Shown one piece after another: positions 63,475 to 64,000 of a DNA stretch of 64,000 nucleotides (its first letter is position 1; every line of letters starts with the position of its first letter). Under the pieces are notes generated by a model. It was given only the letters and a program-made list of their open reading frames with translations, was not told where the DNA came from and did not search any database. The position numbers and the translations under genes were made by a program. Source of the stretch: Octopus vulgaris (Eukaryota); NCBI GenBank assembly GCA_951406725.2, contig OX597816.1:149420001-149484000 (forward strand). Direction: 5' to 3'.

Positions 63475-64000
63475 TGTGTGTGTACGCTAGATAAAACATT
63501 TTTGATAAAGCCAGAACAACTCAAAATGAAATACAAAGTGAACTACAAAAGTGAAAACAGAACAATAGTTGAAGTTTTACCTTGTGTTTTCATGTGACTC
63601 CTTCCTCAAAGCTGTTGTCTTGTTTTCACTTTTGTTGTTTTTTTCATCTAATTCAGCAGCTCACAATGCTTCATCCTAATTCCTAATTATCCTATATATA
63701 TATATATATATATACAAAATCAGAAAATGGAGAAATACATCTAAATCATTAATCAACTACCAGATAATACCCAATCACATACTTTATTAAACCACTACAT
63801 AAGAACATTAAGGTTAAACATAAAAATATATAATATGTACCTATTGTATTGTATTACTCATTCATGTACGCTGTTTTGTTATATATTATATATATAGCAG
63901 TATATTGGATATATGTTATCCCATGGAGGGTTGAATTTGCAACCCCTATCTCAATTTGTATATATATAAATATATATAAATTTGTTAAAGCATATTACAA

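Noticed and set aside
1-64000. CRISPR arrays, rRNA, operons
   Set aside because: No regularly spaced repeat-spacer structure, rRNA motifs or gene-dense prokaryotic organisation anywhere in the window.

Overview
AT-rich eukaryotic, repeat-dominated DNA. The SINE, LINE and MITE families and the dense microsatellites look like those of an octopus (cephalopod) genome; this is recognition from memory, not a database result. There are no prokaryotic genes, CRISPR arrays or rRNA, and no intact host CDS. Nearly every credible ORF is a decayed transposon fragment: a full-length frameshifted mariner, RTE/BovB, CR1, Tx1/L1, R4/Dong, CRE and Penelope retroelements, hAT/piggyBac/Helitron/Tc1-type non-autonomous elements, and many tRNA-derived SINEs. 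One probable spliced host exon lies at 59867-60040 (+). The most notable observation is a TSD-flanked element at 42352-42665 combining a tRNA-derived Pol III head, a minimal hammerhead ribozyme and a Penelope-like inverted end. Others are further hammerhead motifs, an ORF1-only L1/Tx1-like element, several fold-back (long hairpin) TE derivatives, TTAGGG-bearing MITEs with ~6-bp TSDs, and a GC-rich RTE element that is a horizontal-transfer candidate. Element boundaries were read by eye and are approximate unless a TSD or TIR is cited.
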